A stretch of 64,000 nt of DNA from Ginglymostoma cirratum (lineage: Eukaryota): assembly GCA_024137785.1 (NCBI GenBank), contig JAHRHZ010000108.1:4815505-4879504 (forward strand), given 5' to 3'. Made by a program: the position numbers and the translations under genes. Below the pieces are notes generated by a model, which was not told the origin of the DNA, searched no databases, and saw only the letters and a list, made by a program, of their open reading frames with translations. This document shows positions 1 to 13,501 of this stretch, piece by piece (the stretch's first letter is position 1; each line of letters starts with the position of its first letter).

Positions 1-185
1 TCTATGATTGTGCTTCAAATAAAAACAAAAGTGATAAAGCTTATCATTTATCACGACAACGGAAAGCAGCATAAAGTAAGAAGTTTCTCCAGTCGATAGC
101 ACATCCCACCCCAGTTCCAATGGGGTATATAAACTCTGAAGATCACAATTAATTCTCAGCAAAGTACATCATCTCCACAGTCAAC

Positions 186-1430
186 ATGCTGAAGGTACTG
201 GGCCTATGCCTCACCAGCCACTTCACCTTTAATGCCCAAATATATGAACAGATCAACGGGATACCCATGGGATCACTTATCTCCAAACTAATAGCTGAAG
301 CGGAGATGCAGAGACTTGAAAACATGGCCTTTCTGCTAATCCAACCAAAACCCTGGATACGCTATGTGGGCGACACCTTCGTCATTATTAATTGGCCCAA
401 ACTAGAAGAGACACACGAACTAATAAACAACACCCTCATCGGGATCAGATTCACCACAGAAGTGGAGAAGAACAAACAGCTCCCATTCGTGGAGGTCACG
501 GTTTAATGCAGGATAAATGGGAAATTCCTAACAAATGTACACAGGGAAGCCACACACTCTGACGAAGTACTGAATTTCAACAGAAACCACCCTAACACAC
601 ACAAATGGATTTGCGTGATAACAGTATGTAAATGGGGAACAACACACTGCAGCAGTACAGAGCTACGCCCAGAAGAAGAGTACCTCTTTCAAGTATTCAA
701 AGAAAATGGGTACTGGAAAAACTGGGTGAGAAGGTGCCTATCAAACGCACGATAGCAGGAAGATACTACACGCCCTGACACACTCACCACGCTACCTTAC
801 ATCAGGGACACATCTGAACTGATCACAAGACTCCTTCGACCACTGGGCATCAGATTAGCACCCAAACCCACATTCAACCCTCCGCCAACTGCTCAACTGG
901 CACAAAGACCCACTACCCATTATGGACAGGACCAATGTCATAAACAAGATTCTCTGCAAAGACTGCAACAAGCATTCATTGGATAAACAGGAAGGAAATT
1001 AACCACAAGGGTAGGCGAACATCAATTGGCACCAAAAAGACTCGACCAATACTCACTCATCTCCATCCATATGGATAAGAAGAACCATCAATTCGATTGG
1101 GACAACACTAGGATCCTGGTGTTGGGACTATTGGAGGCAGGATCGACACAGGGACAGGCAAAGCAGAGACAAGCACGGAGATTCCTAGAAGCCTGATACT
1201 CCACGAAGAAAGACATCAATAAACACATAGAGCTAGACCCCATATACACTCCATTGTGAAGGAAAACCGAAAGTGAGGTAATCCAGCTCAACAGACACCA
1301 GAGTTTAAAAACAGCTGGAAAAACACAACAGCGCTTCATCGGAGGTTGTATTGATGATGTTACCAAGCAGGGTAATTAAACGCCTGCGGAACAACGAACC
1401 AGCTCAGTGAGCCAACCAAGCACAACATTA
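186..1430 (+). mobile_element. Penelope-like retroelement, 5'-truncated and decayed (RT C-terminal half, GIY-YIG endonuclease, 3' pLTR)
   Basis: ORF 186-506 has PLE-type RT motifs (QINGIPMGS; WIRYVGDTF for YVDD). Broken frames downstream give C..C.KH.IG.TGRKL and AR.FLEA.YST...INKHIELDPIY. A degenerate hammerhead-like end lies at ~1351-1386. Confidence 0.85.
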
Positions 1431-2120
1431 TAGAATCATAAGAGCTCTCAGGACGCAGAGGAATGGAGCGAATCCGAGCGACCCAGAGATGGAGAAGCAG
1501 AAGAAATCTTTAGTTTTTACTCTTCGCATTATCTGACAGTTTTTTTTTCTGTTAAACTTATGCATTTATTGTCACAACCTTTAGGTTGGATTTCGGAATG
1601 CTACTTATCACCCATGCTCCGTGATCCATTAAAATGGCGGATCAAATGAGGAGGCTGTGAAAATCTTCGTGCATATCTGAACAATGTTACTTTAATTAGT
1701 TTCACTTTCCTTGCATTTCTCATTAGCTGTTCACTTCTTTGGGCTGCTTTCAACACTTGGATAAGAGCTAGGACAAGGGAGGATGGCAGACTTCCTTCTG
1801 CAAATGAAACTAGTGACATTAGTGAGCGAGGTGATTTTGAAGACAATCATTAGACGTTTCAAAGTTGCTGTTGCCTTTTTATTTAGTTTTTGTTGCACAT
1901 TGGAATTCTAATGCATGTCTCCAAATCATTAACCTTGCCGAAATGATTTGTGAATGCAGGAAGATTCACATTAGTATTGTTTCTTAAGACCAGACATCAT
2001 TCTTCTCAATTCTAATGAATGTAAGTCCAACTTGTGTAGCTGTTCTTGATTAGTCAGCTCATTCATCCCAGGAATCAGCCTATTGAGGTACACTTAAACT
2101 GAATTAAATAATGGTATATC

Positions 2121-2430
2121 AGGACGGTACAGTAGCTCAATGAATAGCTCTGTTACTTCGGCGTGTGACTTTGAGTTTTGGGTGATTGCCAGTGTGGAGT
2201 TTGTATTTTTTGCGTGGGTTTCCTCCCACAGTCTAATGATGTGCAGTTTAAGTGGATTGACCATGATAAATTGTCCATGGTGTACAGGGATGTGTGGATT
2301 AGGTTGATTAGCTATTGAAATTATGGTACTGAGTAGGGGGTTCCGTCAGGGGGTGAAGCTCTTCGGAGAGTTTGTATGGATTCAATAGGCTGAACGGCCT
2401 TTTCCCACAGTATAGGATTCTATAATTCTG
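2121..2430 (+). mobile_element. HE1-type (V-SINE-like) tRNA-derived SINE, decayed
   Basis: Core gtgtggagtttg...gcgtgggtttcctcccacagtc...gatgtgcag is shared with the copies at 5675-6030, 8055-8325, 12630-12970 and 23875-24150. Confidence 0.75.
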
Positions 2431-3512
2431 CGACCCTGCTTGACTACTGGGACTAAAACTGTTCACATTAGTTATTGAGCAGTGTCACTAAAACACTGTG
2501 AGTTTGTAACAGAATGTTTGTACTTTAAACACCAGAAATAAGGACAAAACTCCATTTACTTTCTACATTTTTGCTGCATCTCCGTATTTCCATTAAGTAT
2601 TTCTTGACCAATATACATATGTTCCCTTGCACATTTCTTCCGTCTATTTCCAACGTGCATCCTGACGCTACAAGGAAGTAAAGCATTACCAGTGCATAGA
2701 CTGATGATTAAAACAGGCTCACTTTCCAACTCACTGTTTGCAAACCTGATCATTCACATCTTTTGTTTTTCACCATATTCAATTAACTTAACTAACATTC
2801 CCTTTCTTTCACTGTACCGTAGGACTTTTGTTCTGTTTCTTTTTCCTATTATCTTATTTCATTGTTTCTAGTTTTGTTTAAAACCTCTTATATCCCTCGC
2901 AGAATAAACTCACACAAATCCAGATTTGCCCCAGCATTTACGACTCAACACTGAGAACATCATCCTTCAATTGGCTTTCCCTTTCACTTAGTGCCATTTG
3001 TATAACCATGTCTGCTATTTTTTCTCTATTGTCCTCCCGATCATGCTCCCTCCAGACTGCTATGATTTTTTCTGCGGCTTTATCCCCTGCCTGCTGTGTT
3101 GGCGCTCCCTCTCCACTTTGTTATTTTCTTTGCTGCTCTTCTCTTTTCCACTTTTAAATCAATCACGATTTCAGAATGTAGTTGTTAATCTCTCTTAATA
3201 AACACTTCAATTACTCAAATGAATGGTTAATCTGTCTGCAGTGTTATTGATCACAATTCCTCTTTAGTGTGTCAATAAATTTCACCCCTAATTATGTTGT
3301 GGAAAGTTTTCTTTTCTGAAACTCGAGGGAAAGTCCTGTCAAATGAACAGAAGAGAGTTCTTGACGTAATATTAAAGAACAATTTCTGCTCACACAGACA
3401 TCAGCAAGTTTGGTTCATGTCCATTTTTTAAACCTTGAATAGGAACTCCTGAACGACAAAACACGAAACAGATACTGGGGTAAATTCAGAAAAAGAAAAT
3501 CAAAATCCGAAA

Positions 3513-3593
3513 TACAGTGGGCAAGTCTTAAGGCTTTGGCAGAGACCTCACTGGCTTCCAAGATGATAACTTTTACCACTCGGCCACGACTAC
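3513..3593 (-). pseudogene. tRNA-Ser pseudogene
   Basis: Reverse complement starts GTAGTCGTGGCCGAGTGGT, the canonical vertebrate tRNA-Ser 5' end and A box. Length is ~81 nt, the anticodon arm and B box are degenerate, and T-rich sequence follows. Confidence 0.7.
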
Positions 3594-3929
3594 ATGGAAG
3601 CCAAACCTGTCAGTATTGCTCAAGTACAATTGTAGATCTTTACAACATTGCAAATGACCATTCAACATATCATGTCAGTGCTGGACAGCTGAAGAAACAA
3701 CTCAACCAGTCTAACTGTCCCCACACCTTTTCTTGCATACCCTGCAATGTATATGTATCTGCCTTTCCTCGTTCTTGCAGGTTTGACTCAGTCTTCCTCA
3801 TGATCCCATGCCCACGATTCATGTCTTCAATTGTGTAACCTTAATTACAATGAACATGATTTCCAATCGTCACTGAGGTCCGGTATGGCAGCGCCTGTGG
3901 AGTAAGAAATAGAGTATCTTGGAGACAAT

Positions 3930-5670
3930 AATAACTGGAGATGCTGGAAGCCGGTGTCTATCGGTATGTAGCTGGAAAAGCACAGAAAGTCAGACAGCAA
4001 AAGAGGAGCATGTGTGTGTCCATGATTCGAGTTGAAAGCCTTCGTCAGAACTGTGGAGGGGGCAGGGAGACCAGAAATCAATAAAGGGAGGACTGGGGCA
4101 TGGGGAAGGGTAGGATACTTAGCTACAGGTAGGGAGTCATTATTATCGCCCCCTGGGAAGAGTGGAGCTGATAGATGAGCAGGAAGATGGACAGGCTAGG
4201 TCAGGTCAGGTCAGGAGGAGAGGGCTGGACATGGGATAAGCTGCTGTGGAGGGAATTTGAAGCTGGTGAAAACAATAATAAGGTGAGCTTTGAAGGTGAA
4301 ATATCAAGTGTTTTTCCTCCAGTTTATGTTTGGCCTCTCTCTGACAGTGGATGAAGCAAAGTATGGGCGTGTCGCCAGAGGACTGCGAGGGGGAATTAAA
4401 ATGGATGGCAACTGGAAGGTCGAGATGGATGTTGGTTACAGATCACAGATGCTCCGTGAACCAATCCCTGAGTCTACATACGATATAGACAAGACCACAT
4501 CATTAGCAGCAGCTGGAATCGTGACACAGCCCATACCCTCCATCTTTTCGAAAACTTTCAATTCCCCGCCCACAAACATCTCATCTTCACCATGGACGTA
4601 CAGTCCCTGTACACCTGTATCACCCACACGGAGGGCTTAAAAGGCCTTTGATTCTTCCTTTCCCTTAGGCCCAACTAGCCCCTCTCCACTGACACTCTCA
4701 TTCTCTCGCTAAACTGGTCCTCACTCTCAACAATCTCTCCTTCGATTCCTCCCACTTCCTACAAACCAACGGGGTGACCATGGGCACCCGCATTAGCCCG
4801 AGATAAGCCTGCCTCTTTGAAGGATTTCTGAAATTACACCGGCACCATCCCTCAACACTTCCTCCACTATATTGATGAATGCATCAGCGCAGCCTCATGC
4901 TCCTGCAAGGTGCTCGAGCAGTTTATCAATTTCACCATCACCTTCTACGACATCCTAAAATTTAAGCAAACTATTTCTGACGCTTCCCTGCGCTTCCTTG
5001 ACTTCTCTGTTTCCACCTCCCGAAACTGACCCACCATGGACTTGCACTTCAAATCCGCTGACTCCTACAAACACCTCCTTTACACCTCCTCTCATCAACC
5101 ATGCTACGAAAAATAAGTTCTATCCCATCCTCCCAATTCCTCCACCTCCACTGCGTCTAGTCCCAGGGTGAAGCGTTTGACTACAGGACTTACCAGATAT
5201 CCTCCTTCTTTTGGAACAGTAATTTTACAGCCTTTATAATTAAGGACGCCTTCAATGGCATCTCCTCCTTTTCCCACAGTTCTGTACTCAAACCTCCTCC
5301 AGCTAAAAGTAAGAAGGATAGAGTCCGTTCATTCCTCACGTAGCAGCCTACGAACCAGCAAATCCAATGCGTCTTCCTTCGACACTTCCACCATCTACAA
5401 TCAGATCCTGCTACAAAAATGATATTTCCCCCACGACCCCTGTCCGTTTTCTGCAATGACCGTTCATTTTGGGACTCCCTCGTCGCCTCTACACTCCCCA
5501 CCAATTCCTCCACCACTGACAGGAAATTTCCCTGCAACCGCAAGATTTGCAGTACCCGCCACCTCATCTCCCCTCTCACCTCTGTGCATCGCCAAAAAAA
5601 AATCGTTTCAGATCCGGCAGAGATTCACATATACTGTATCCAACTTTACCTATTATACCCGTTCCTCTTG
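3930..5670. mobile_element. Penelope-like element with inverted architecture: minus-strand 3' end/pLTR (~3930-4500) joined to plus-strand RT-to-EN segment (~4540-5670)
   Basis: Plus-strand broken frames give FTMDVQSLYTCI.H, NN.SFDSSHFLQT.GV.MGTR, YIDECI and FQIRQRFT. The minus strand has a pLTR-type end with a CTGACGAAGG... hammerhead remnant near 4025-4050. Confidence 0.75.
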
Positions 5671-5674
5671 TGAG

Positions 5675-6030
5675 ATGTCTAGAACTACGGACAGTACACC
5701 AGCACATAGTAAACCAATGCTCTGCAAAACTTCAACATCATTTCCCTGGTTGTGTACTTTACGCCACAATTGATGAAAACAAGTGTCCCATATACCCACT
5801 GACATGCCCTGCCGACTTCAGGGATCTGTCAATAATTGCTCCAAAATAGCCAATTCACCTAAACTGCACACCTTTGGACTGTGGGAAGAAACCAGAGCAC
5901 CCGGAGGAAACCCACGCAGACAGGGGAGAATGCACAAACTCCACACAAACCGTCGCCCGAGGGTGGAATCAAACCAAGGTCCCTGGAGCTGCGAGACAGC
6001 AGTGCTAACCACTGAGCCACCGTGCCGCCA
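5675..6030 (-). mobile_element. HE1-type SINE
   Basis: Reverse complement begins GGCGGCACGGTGGCTCAGTGGTTAGCACTGCTG (tRNA head), then the V-domain-like core GTGTGGAGTTTG...GCGTGGGTTTCCTCCGGGTGCTC. Confidence 0.85.
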
Positions 6031-6562
6031 GTTTCTGGCCATCTCGCCATGTTTTCCCAAATTCCATGTGATTTAACAGACTCAATCAATCTCCGGATTG
6101 TCAAAACTTTTGCTAAAGCCCATATGGACTAAAACAACTGCACTTTCCTCATCTACACACTTGATCATATTTTCGAAAAATTCTATCAATTCTTTCAGGT
6201 GCAACCTCCCTCTGGCAAAGCCATGCTGACTTTCATAAATTAACCATTTTTTTTTCCCAAATGGATATTAAGTCTCTTCTTCAGAATGTTCTCCGATATT
6301 TTCTCTACTGCTGACGTGAGACTCACTGCTGTATAGTTTCCTGGTTCGTCATTCTCACTTTCCTTGAAAAGTGTTTGCAGAATGAGAAACAAATGTTGTT
6401 GTGCTGCCTGTTAACTCAGTTTGGAGTTGGGGAATACCCGACAACACAGGAAGTAATGGATCAAAATTAGGGGTTCAGCAGAATTATACCATTTCCTCTG
6501 CTCCTGTTGTTTTGCAATAACTGTTGCAACAACCCAAAATTCGTCTGGAGTTATAGAGACAC

Positions 6563-6644
6563 CATAGAACAAATGAGCGTTTTAAGGCGCTGGAATCACA
6601 TTCCAGATTCTCCGACAGTGTGGGTTTAAATTGCACCACTTCCA
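6563..6644 (+). pseudogene. tRNA-Leu pseudogene
   Basis: gagcgttttaaggcgctgga...ttccag...tgtgggtttaaattgcaccacttcca aligns colinearly with tRNA-Leu (GAGCGGTCTAAGGCGCTGGA...CTCCAG...CGTGGGTTCGAATCCCACCGCTGCCA). A T5 run follows at ~6654. Confidence 0.65.
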
Positions 6645-6778
6645 AGACTGGTATTTTTAATGTGGTAAAACCTTTGAGGCAGAAACTCCTGCAGATCTGT
6701 TTGAAAGTGTCTTCTTCTCTTTATTTGATCATCAACTGATACGGCTCCTGTTTCAGTAAAATGACAGGAAAGATTAAC

Positions 6779-6860
6779 AGAGTGGGCAGGATTATGAACC
6801 TGTATGTTGTGACTCGAATGGATTGTTAATCAACAGCTTTAATCACATGGCCACCACAGC
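6779..6860 (-). pseudogene. tRNA-Ser pseudogene
   Basis: Reverse complement gctgtggtggcc..gtgattaa...aatcca...caggttcataatcctgcccac matches the layout of tRNA-Ser GCTGTGATGGCCGAGTGGTTAA...AATCCA...CAGGTTCGAATCCTGC. Confidence 0.55.
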
Positions 6861-8054
6861 GATTTTTTTCCACAAATCTCACTGTTGCGGGAAGATAGAT
6901 GACGTGGAGCAAGATTCCAGCTTCACACTCCCCAATCTCCCGCTGCCAAATGAAAGAGGTCACTGCAACTTCAGTCAATTGCTTCCTGCCCATCCTTGGG
7001 ACTCAACATCCTCCAACCCGTTTACAACCCCCAAATACACCGAGCGTAACGACAGGAAGTTACAGGGAGTTGATATCCCCTCCTCACTGAACATCTGAGC
7101 AGCATTTACACAATCTACAAGTGACGATCGGAAATTTAAAAAATCTACCTATTTCATTAATGTTCCCAATGCCAAAATTATTTGCTTTATTTAAAGATGA
7201 CTGTCATAAATCTGATAACGAGGTTTATGGAATTTGTATGAGGGATGAACTTGTTTCCTATTGTTTATGCATAAGGTTCGTGATTCAGTTCAATCAACGC
7301 ATTCAACACAAAATGCAACCACGTCTAAATGTAACATGGATAGTAATAGACTACAGGTCAAATGCACAGAGCAGACACAGCTACATAGAAGATTAAGCAA
7401 TAGTTGTGCTTGCACTGCCTACTTTGTAGAAGCAACCGGCCTAAAATTATATGTTCACTCCAGAAAAGATTTGTTCGCGTCGGACTTCACAAATAACATT
7501 ACAGGACTTTTCTAGCCTTATGCATGAATGAACTACTTACCTCAATTCCTTTCATTTTCTTTGTCTTTCACCATAACAGTGCATTTTCCTGGTCATCTTT
7601 CCAAACATGGGAGAACAAATGCAATTTACCTGAAAATTGAGTTAGAAACATATATTTACAGGAAGTCTGTGATCAAAGCTGTTACCATTTCCATCCTGTC
7701 ATGACTGCCCCAGTATATTTGTGGTTTGATCTACGGATCTTGACCATATAACTATGCTCAGAGAAACACAACATTTCAGCAGATCTGCTAGGAGAGAGTG
7801 TGGAGAACCTATTTGCTGAGATTCAAGATCCTCCAAGCCGGACCAAACTTCCAAACTATAGGCTTGGATAAGACAAAGAGATTATATCCTGATCACTAAA
7901 CATTTGCGTAGGGTATACTGAAACGACGAGCGACAGATTTTGATTTGATCTGATCTATAATTGTTAGATGTACTGAGATAATGTGAAAATTCATTTTTGG
8001 CGTGCAATCTAGTCAAATATTACCTTGCATATGTACATCAGGGTAATAAAGCAC

Positions 8055-8325
8055 TGAAGTGGCTCTGTGGTTAACACTGCTGCCTCACAGTTCCAGGGAT
8101 ACATATTCAATGATAGTCTTGGGTAACTGTCCGAGTGGGGTTCTCCCCGTGTCTGTATTGGTTTCCTTCGGGTGATCGGGTTTCCTCCCACAGACCAAAG
8201 ATGTGCAGGATAGGTTGATTAGCACGGTTAACGTGCGGTATGGCGTCTGGGTGGGATGTTCCTCCGAGGGTCAGTGTGGACCTGACGGACCAAATTACCT
8301 ATTTCCACTCCGTAGGGATGCGAAG
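8055..8325 (+). mobile_element. HE1-type SINE, decayed
   Basis: gtggctctgtggttaacactgctgcctcacag head plus ttctccccgtgtctg...gggtttcctcccacagaccaaagatgtgcag core. Confidence 0.75.
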
Positions 8326-9719
8326 AGTGCAGTATTAGAGTGTTACAAGGTCCCAAATTAAAAGCATACCCAATTCTTGAATATTTCCCTTTCAATAATA
8401 CTTTGTCATATTTAAAGAATATCGTGGGACTATGAAAATTAACACATTGAATTTGCCTGAGGAGGTGGCTTGTTTCCTCCTGTTTGCTGGTCAGATTTGT
8501 GATTCCGTTCAATGAGCAGGTTCCTCTGTGAATGAGACAGTTAACAGGCATGTAAATAACGTGTGATATGATGGGGAGAAACAAGAGAATGGCACTAGCT
8601 AAGATTCTGATTCAGAGAACCAATGCAGACACAATGTTCTGAAAGTTGCCTTTCACGATGTGAGAATCCTGTAATTCTTTGAATTTGCTTAAAAATGCTC
8701 TTTTTTGTTTCTGGAGAGTGTACCTCAATAGCTAACTGTCTATAAAGTGCAAAGAACATTGTCTCGTGAAATATATCTGCCCTGGAAATTCCCCTCGGGG
8801 CCTTTTGTGTTCCAATAAGATCACCCCCACTATGTTATACTGAAAGCTTACCTAATATTTCAATCAATTCATCAGAGGAATCAAACAAATGGATTTCTTT
8901 TCAAGGGTATTCGACACCAGCATATTATTTCCTGATTGCAAGGTTATTGGGGAAGGTGCAAAAAATCTCTATCAAATATTTCATGCTTTTATAGCAATGT
9001 TTGTTGGGAACAATTCAGGGATTTTGCTCCAATGCAGCGTATTACATGATGGACAGTCAACGTGCAGAAAGAGCCCAATCACCTTGCCATGCTGCTTTGA
9101 AACAACAATTATGATTGAATGATCAGGAGTGATAGTCGTGCCAGTCTAAACACTAGTTAGTTAAACTGTTCGATTCCCACACAGCGTACAACTTCCAAGA
9201 CAATTTCGACAGGCAGGATTTTACAACCTGTTGCAATATCTTTCTTCTCTTGCTCACGCTTTGCTCTTCTGATCTATTTCGTATTTGCACTTTCAAGCAT
9301 GAAGAAATTCGTAACATTTTCGACCAAAAACGAAAAAATACCACTCTTCCACAAGAATCTATCCAGAGCAACCACGACACCACCATGGAAGTCCCATAAA
9401 ATTATACAATTCTCCCCATTGATGCTACTGTTGCCACGTGATTTTCTCAATTTCAGCAGTTCAACTGGATGCAATTTTCTTCAACACAATGCTATGGATT
9501 AATGATATGGATAAGTCATGGGAAATGCAGGGTTACAGGGATGGAGTGAGTTTGTATGGGATGCTCTTCAGAGAGTCATCGCGGATTCAATGGGCGTACT
9601 TGCACACAGTAAGGATTCTGTTATAACCAAGCATTCAGGAAATGATATACTAATATCGAATCCCTCCGAAAAGAAATTCATTTAGTCGATTCCTTTGATG
9701 AATTGCTTGAATTATGAGG

Positions 9720-10145
9720 TATATTTACCGTATTGCAAATTTAAGGGGTAATCTTATTGAAACACAAAAGATGCCGAGGAGAATTGACACAGAAGATATT
9801 CATATCATGGTTTTACTAATGAGGCAGTTTCATGCCAGGTTATAGAGAGATTAAAGAATTGCTACAGAATAAGGGCCATTCATTTCAAGCTACGATGGAA
9901 AATAATTGATTCTTTCACAGGTGATCAATGTCTCGATTTCTCTAATCCAGAGATTGTGGAACCTACATTTCTGAAAGCATTTTTAGATAAGGTAGATATT
10001 TTTGAGCAATAAAAGAGTTGACAGGTATGAGGAGTTGGCACTAAAAATGAGTCCAGACCTGGGACAGGCAGGACGTTGTTTTAGAGAATGGTGGAACATT
10101 GTGAAGGGCTGAATGGCTGAATCCTGTTTATATTTCCTATGTTCC
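9720..10145 (+). mobile_element. Old CR1 LINE 3' end
   Basis: Degenerate version of the CR1 3' region seen at 25520-25900 and 41810-42215 (aggggtaatcttattgaaaca...gaagggctgaatggct...cctatgttc). Confidence 0.55.
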
Positions 10146-12629
10146 AATGTTCACACACTTCTGTCCCATACTGAAAATTCACGATCCTTTCCTTTTATCC
10201 TATTTTACAAAGAGAGAAATGGGGCTTCTGCTTGGTGCCTCTGCTTGCTCTGAAAGGGTTCGTAGGTACTTGATTTACAAAACTTCAAGGTTCCATTTTT
10301 TTCTTCTCATTCACCAAGAACATTGCTCTCATCTCCCACTTCTTAGCTGTGACTCTGTACAAGCATTGCTTTCTGTTTTCAGCCATTGTTCTGTGAATTA
10401 TATTCAGTGACTCCACAAGGACTACAATGTAGCCTGTCGTTCCAATACTGTATTCTAGCGACTATTTTCTTTTAGTCTCACCAGGAGTAGAGAATCGTGG
10501 CGCTCCAAATCGACTCTTACTATGTACTCCAAAGTACCCTATTCGGGTTATATTTTTACATTTGCGACTATGAAAGACTCTTCCAGTTGGTGTTCAACAG
10601 GGAAGAGTATTGATTTCCTACTGGATTTGTAGTGCATTGCGGGTGGTGATGCCAGTCAAAGTTAAGGACATACCGAGGAACTCCCTCGTGGTGTATCTAT
10701 GTGGTTGTGCCCTACGATGCACCTGTAATTTAGCAGCAACGTCACAAACACAGGAATGATGACGTTGCTGTTTGGGATAATGCTCTAAGTAACGCTGCAG
10801 TGATTAAGCCTATTTTAGGCTGTGGGTTGACGTATCCATGGACAGCTCCCACTTTGTATGCACCAGTTGTGTGATATCAGTTAAGATCTGCGAAGTGGAT
10901 TGTCAATAAATTTTCCGGCCTTTTCCACAAGCACAGATCCATCTATGGGGGTGAATGTCTCAACAGGAGTGCAATTCTGTGACTGGTGCAAAGACGAACT
11001 GGGAAGCTAAAAGAAGGAGTCCAAGTTGAAGCCATGCATCCAGGAGACACAGTGGGAGGCTGGTGACACGTTTACTTTAAGAGAGGTTACAAGACAACAG
11101 AATCATCATCAAGGATGAAAATACGGATGTAGCAGTAAAATTTGTCTAAATTTATGATCCCAAATGATGTTAAAATTGGACATGTTAAATCACAGACTGA
11201 AATCTGATTTACCAGATCTTTTTGGTTTGTTTGTTGGTTTCGTGACAATGTATTTTTCAGAACTTTAACAGCATTTCAGCATTTCAGCATTAAGCAGCAA
11301 TAACTTTGTCTGGAATAAGCAATCAAGGGCCACGTTCAATCTATTCTGCAGGAATTAAAAACAATGAGCTATGCCTGGGAAAAGGAAGAGTCAAAGATGC
11401 ATGAACAAAACTGCTTTGGGATCTGTTGGAAAATGGCTGCATTATGCTACAAGGACAGCTGATTTCCGTACAGAAGAATTGAAAGAGTTAATCATAGGAA
11501 AACTGGGTCTTCAAACAGACAGCTAATTCAAAATGTAGAAAGGAAAAAGGAAGGTACTTCTGATAATATGCCAATCTTCAGAGTTGCAATATTTTGAATA
11601 CATCACAAGTGTGAAGGATGGAAAACTGGTAGAATTATACTCCTTGATTCCTGGTGAGGAGAGCTCCAAATAACAACACTGCATAGAGTTCGCGCCCGGG
11701 ATACATTCAGAGAGTTGCACTGTTGGTTGGAATCGTACCTAAATTCCACCTTTAATCAGGTAATAGCCAATTTGAATTATGACACTTAACCTATTTGCTT
11801 GAAGGTTACTTTTTTCCCCCTATATGAAATGAAGTTCAAGTTATCATTGCAGTCTTTGACTGTCGGTGAGATTTCGTGATTATAATGGAATTAATGGTAG
11901 TTTGTGTTAATTTACCCACAATAATTTAATTTTGTTATAAAGAATCTGTGTCTCTTTGAAATACATGCACAGTCGCGCGTCATTTAGAGTAACAGCACAA
12001 CAAAAGTGCAGTATGATAAATAAACGAAGGTAAAATGTTCTAAACCAAGTTAATTACATATAACTCAAATTTAATGGTTCCAAACACACGAGTAAACGGG
12101 TTTTGATTTACACAAAAAGCACACCTTTTCAGTCGTCACACAAAGTGCCCTTTCTTATCCCATTGTAAGAGTTTGCCTTTACATTCAGTCAATTCCTAAT
12201 CTTAATAGCAGTATGCGCTATGGTGTTGACTGAAAACTTCCTTAGCTTCAAATAACCCTACCCAAGGTGTATACCAAACATTTCTGGATGGTAATCTTTT
12301 CTAAATTACTTTGATGAGGTATTCTAAAGTTAACAAATCTAAATTAACTTCCTTTCTCATGAATAAATGCTTTCCACATCTAGCTTTATCCAATATTCCT
12401 GTAGACCCCTTGACTTTAAGTTAAAATGTGTTTTCAAATCGAAGCTGTGGATCTTTCACCGAATCCAAACCTGAACAATTTCTGGAGTCTGCCTAAAGCA
12501 CACGTGTTTAATTTGTTTGTTCGTAAGTTTCGAACAATGTAAGCAGAAATTTATTTTTTATCAATAGCAAGTGTTCCTCTCAAAGTTCTTTCAAAAATTA
12601 ATGATTCTGGCTGTGGAGCTACTTATATA

Positions 12630-12970
12630 TCATAGAATCCTTACAATGTACAAATAGGCCCATTGAATCCACAATAACCCATTGATGAACATCCCATACA
12701 AACTCACACCATTCCTGTAGCCCTGCATTTCCCTTGATTAATCTATGTCACATTCAAATCGCTGAATACTAGGGGCAATTTACCTTGGCTAATCCATCTA
12801 ACCTACACATCTTTAGATTCTGTGAGGAAGCCAGACCACCCGGAGAAAACCCACTCAAACTTGGGAGAATGTTCAAATTCCACACAGACAGTCGCCTGTG
12901 GGTCGAATAGAATCTGGGTCCTTCGCATTATGAGGCAACAGTACCAGTAACTGAGACACTGTGCTATCCC
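12630..12970 (-). mobile_element. HE1-type SINE, decayed
   Basis: Reverse-complement match to the SINE core (ctaacctacacatcttt...cacccggagaaaaccca...ggagaatgttcaaattccacacagacagtcgcc). Confidence 0.75.
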
Positions 12971-13501
12971 TAAATGTTAATCGTTAAATTCCTGAATACA
13001 AGCACAAAACCGACATGCCACTATTTCAAGTATAGAAAAGATTCACTTCCAAATCCACAAACTCATAAATAAAATTTATCAATCCTTATATCTCAGTGCA
13101 TCTGTCACAACTTGAAATGCCTATACAAATCTATGGTTGATTGCAGAAACTATCCATGTAATTAGGGAAGCCGTTTCTCTGCCTTTTTTAAAGAAACTGT
13201 TGTTCGTTTAAAAACATAAGAATGTATTCTAACTCAAATTTTAAAAAAATCCAAATAGTATCACGATTGACTAGATCACCAGGTGGAAGTGGGTCACCAA
13301 CTGATATATTGAAATAATCTAACTGAAATAGAGAACAAATGTGAAGACTGCCGACTGCAAAAGATCAGTATTCTTCGCATATTCGTCAATTCACATTACA
13401 TAAAGATGTATATATGACAACATGCCAAAAGTGGGCTTGGATCTGATATGAGCATGGAGTGGACATTCTGCAATTTCAACTATGGTTCAAATTAGTCTAT
13501 C

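Noticed and set aside
9120-9190. GTTCGATTCCC B-box-like motif suggesting a tRNA
   Set aside because: No convincing A box or cloverleaf pairing could be built.
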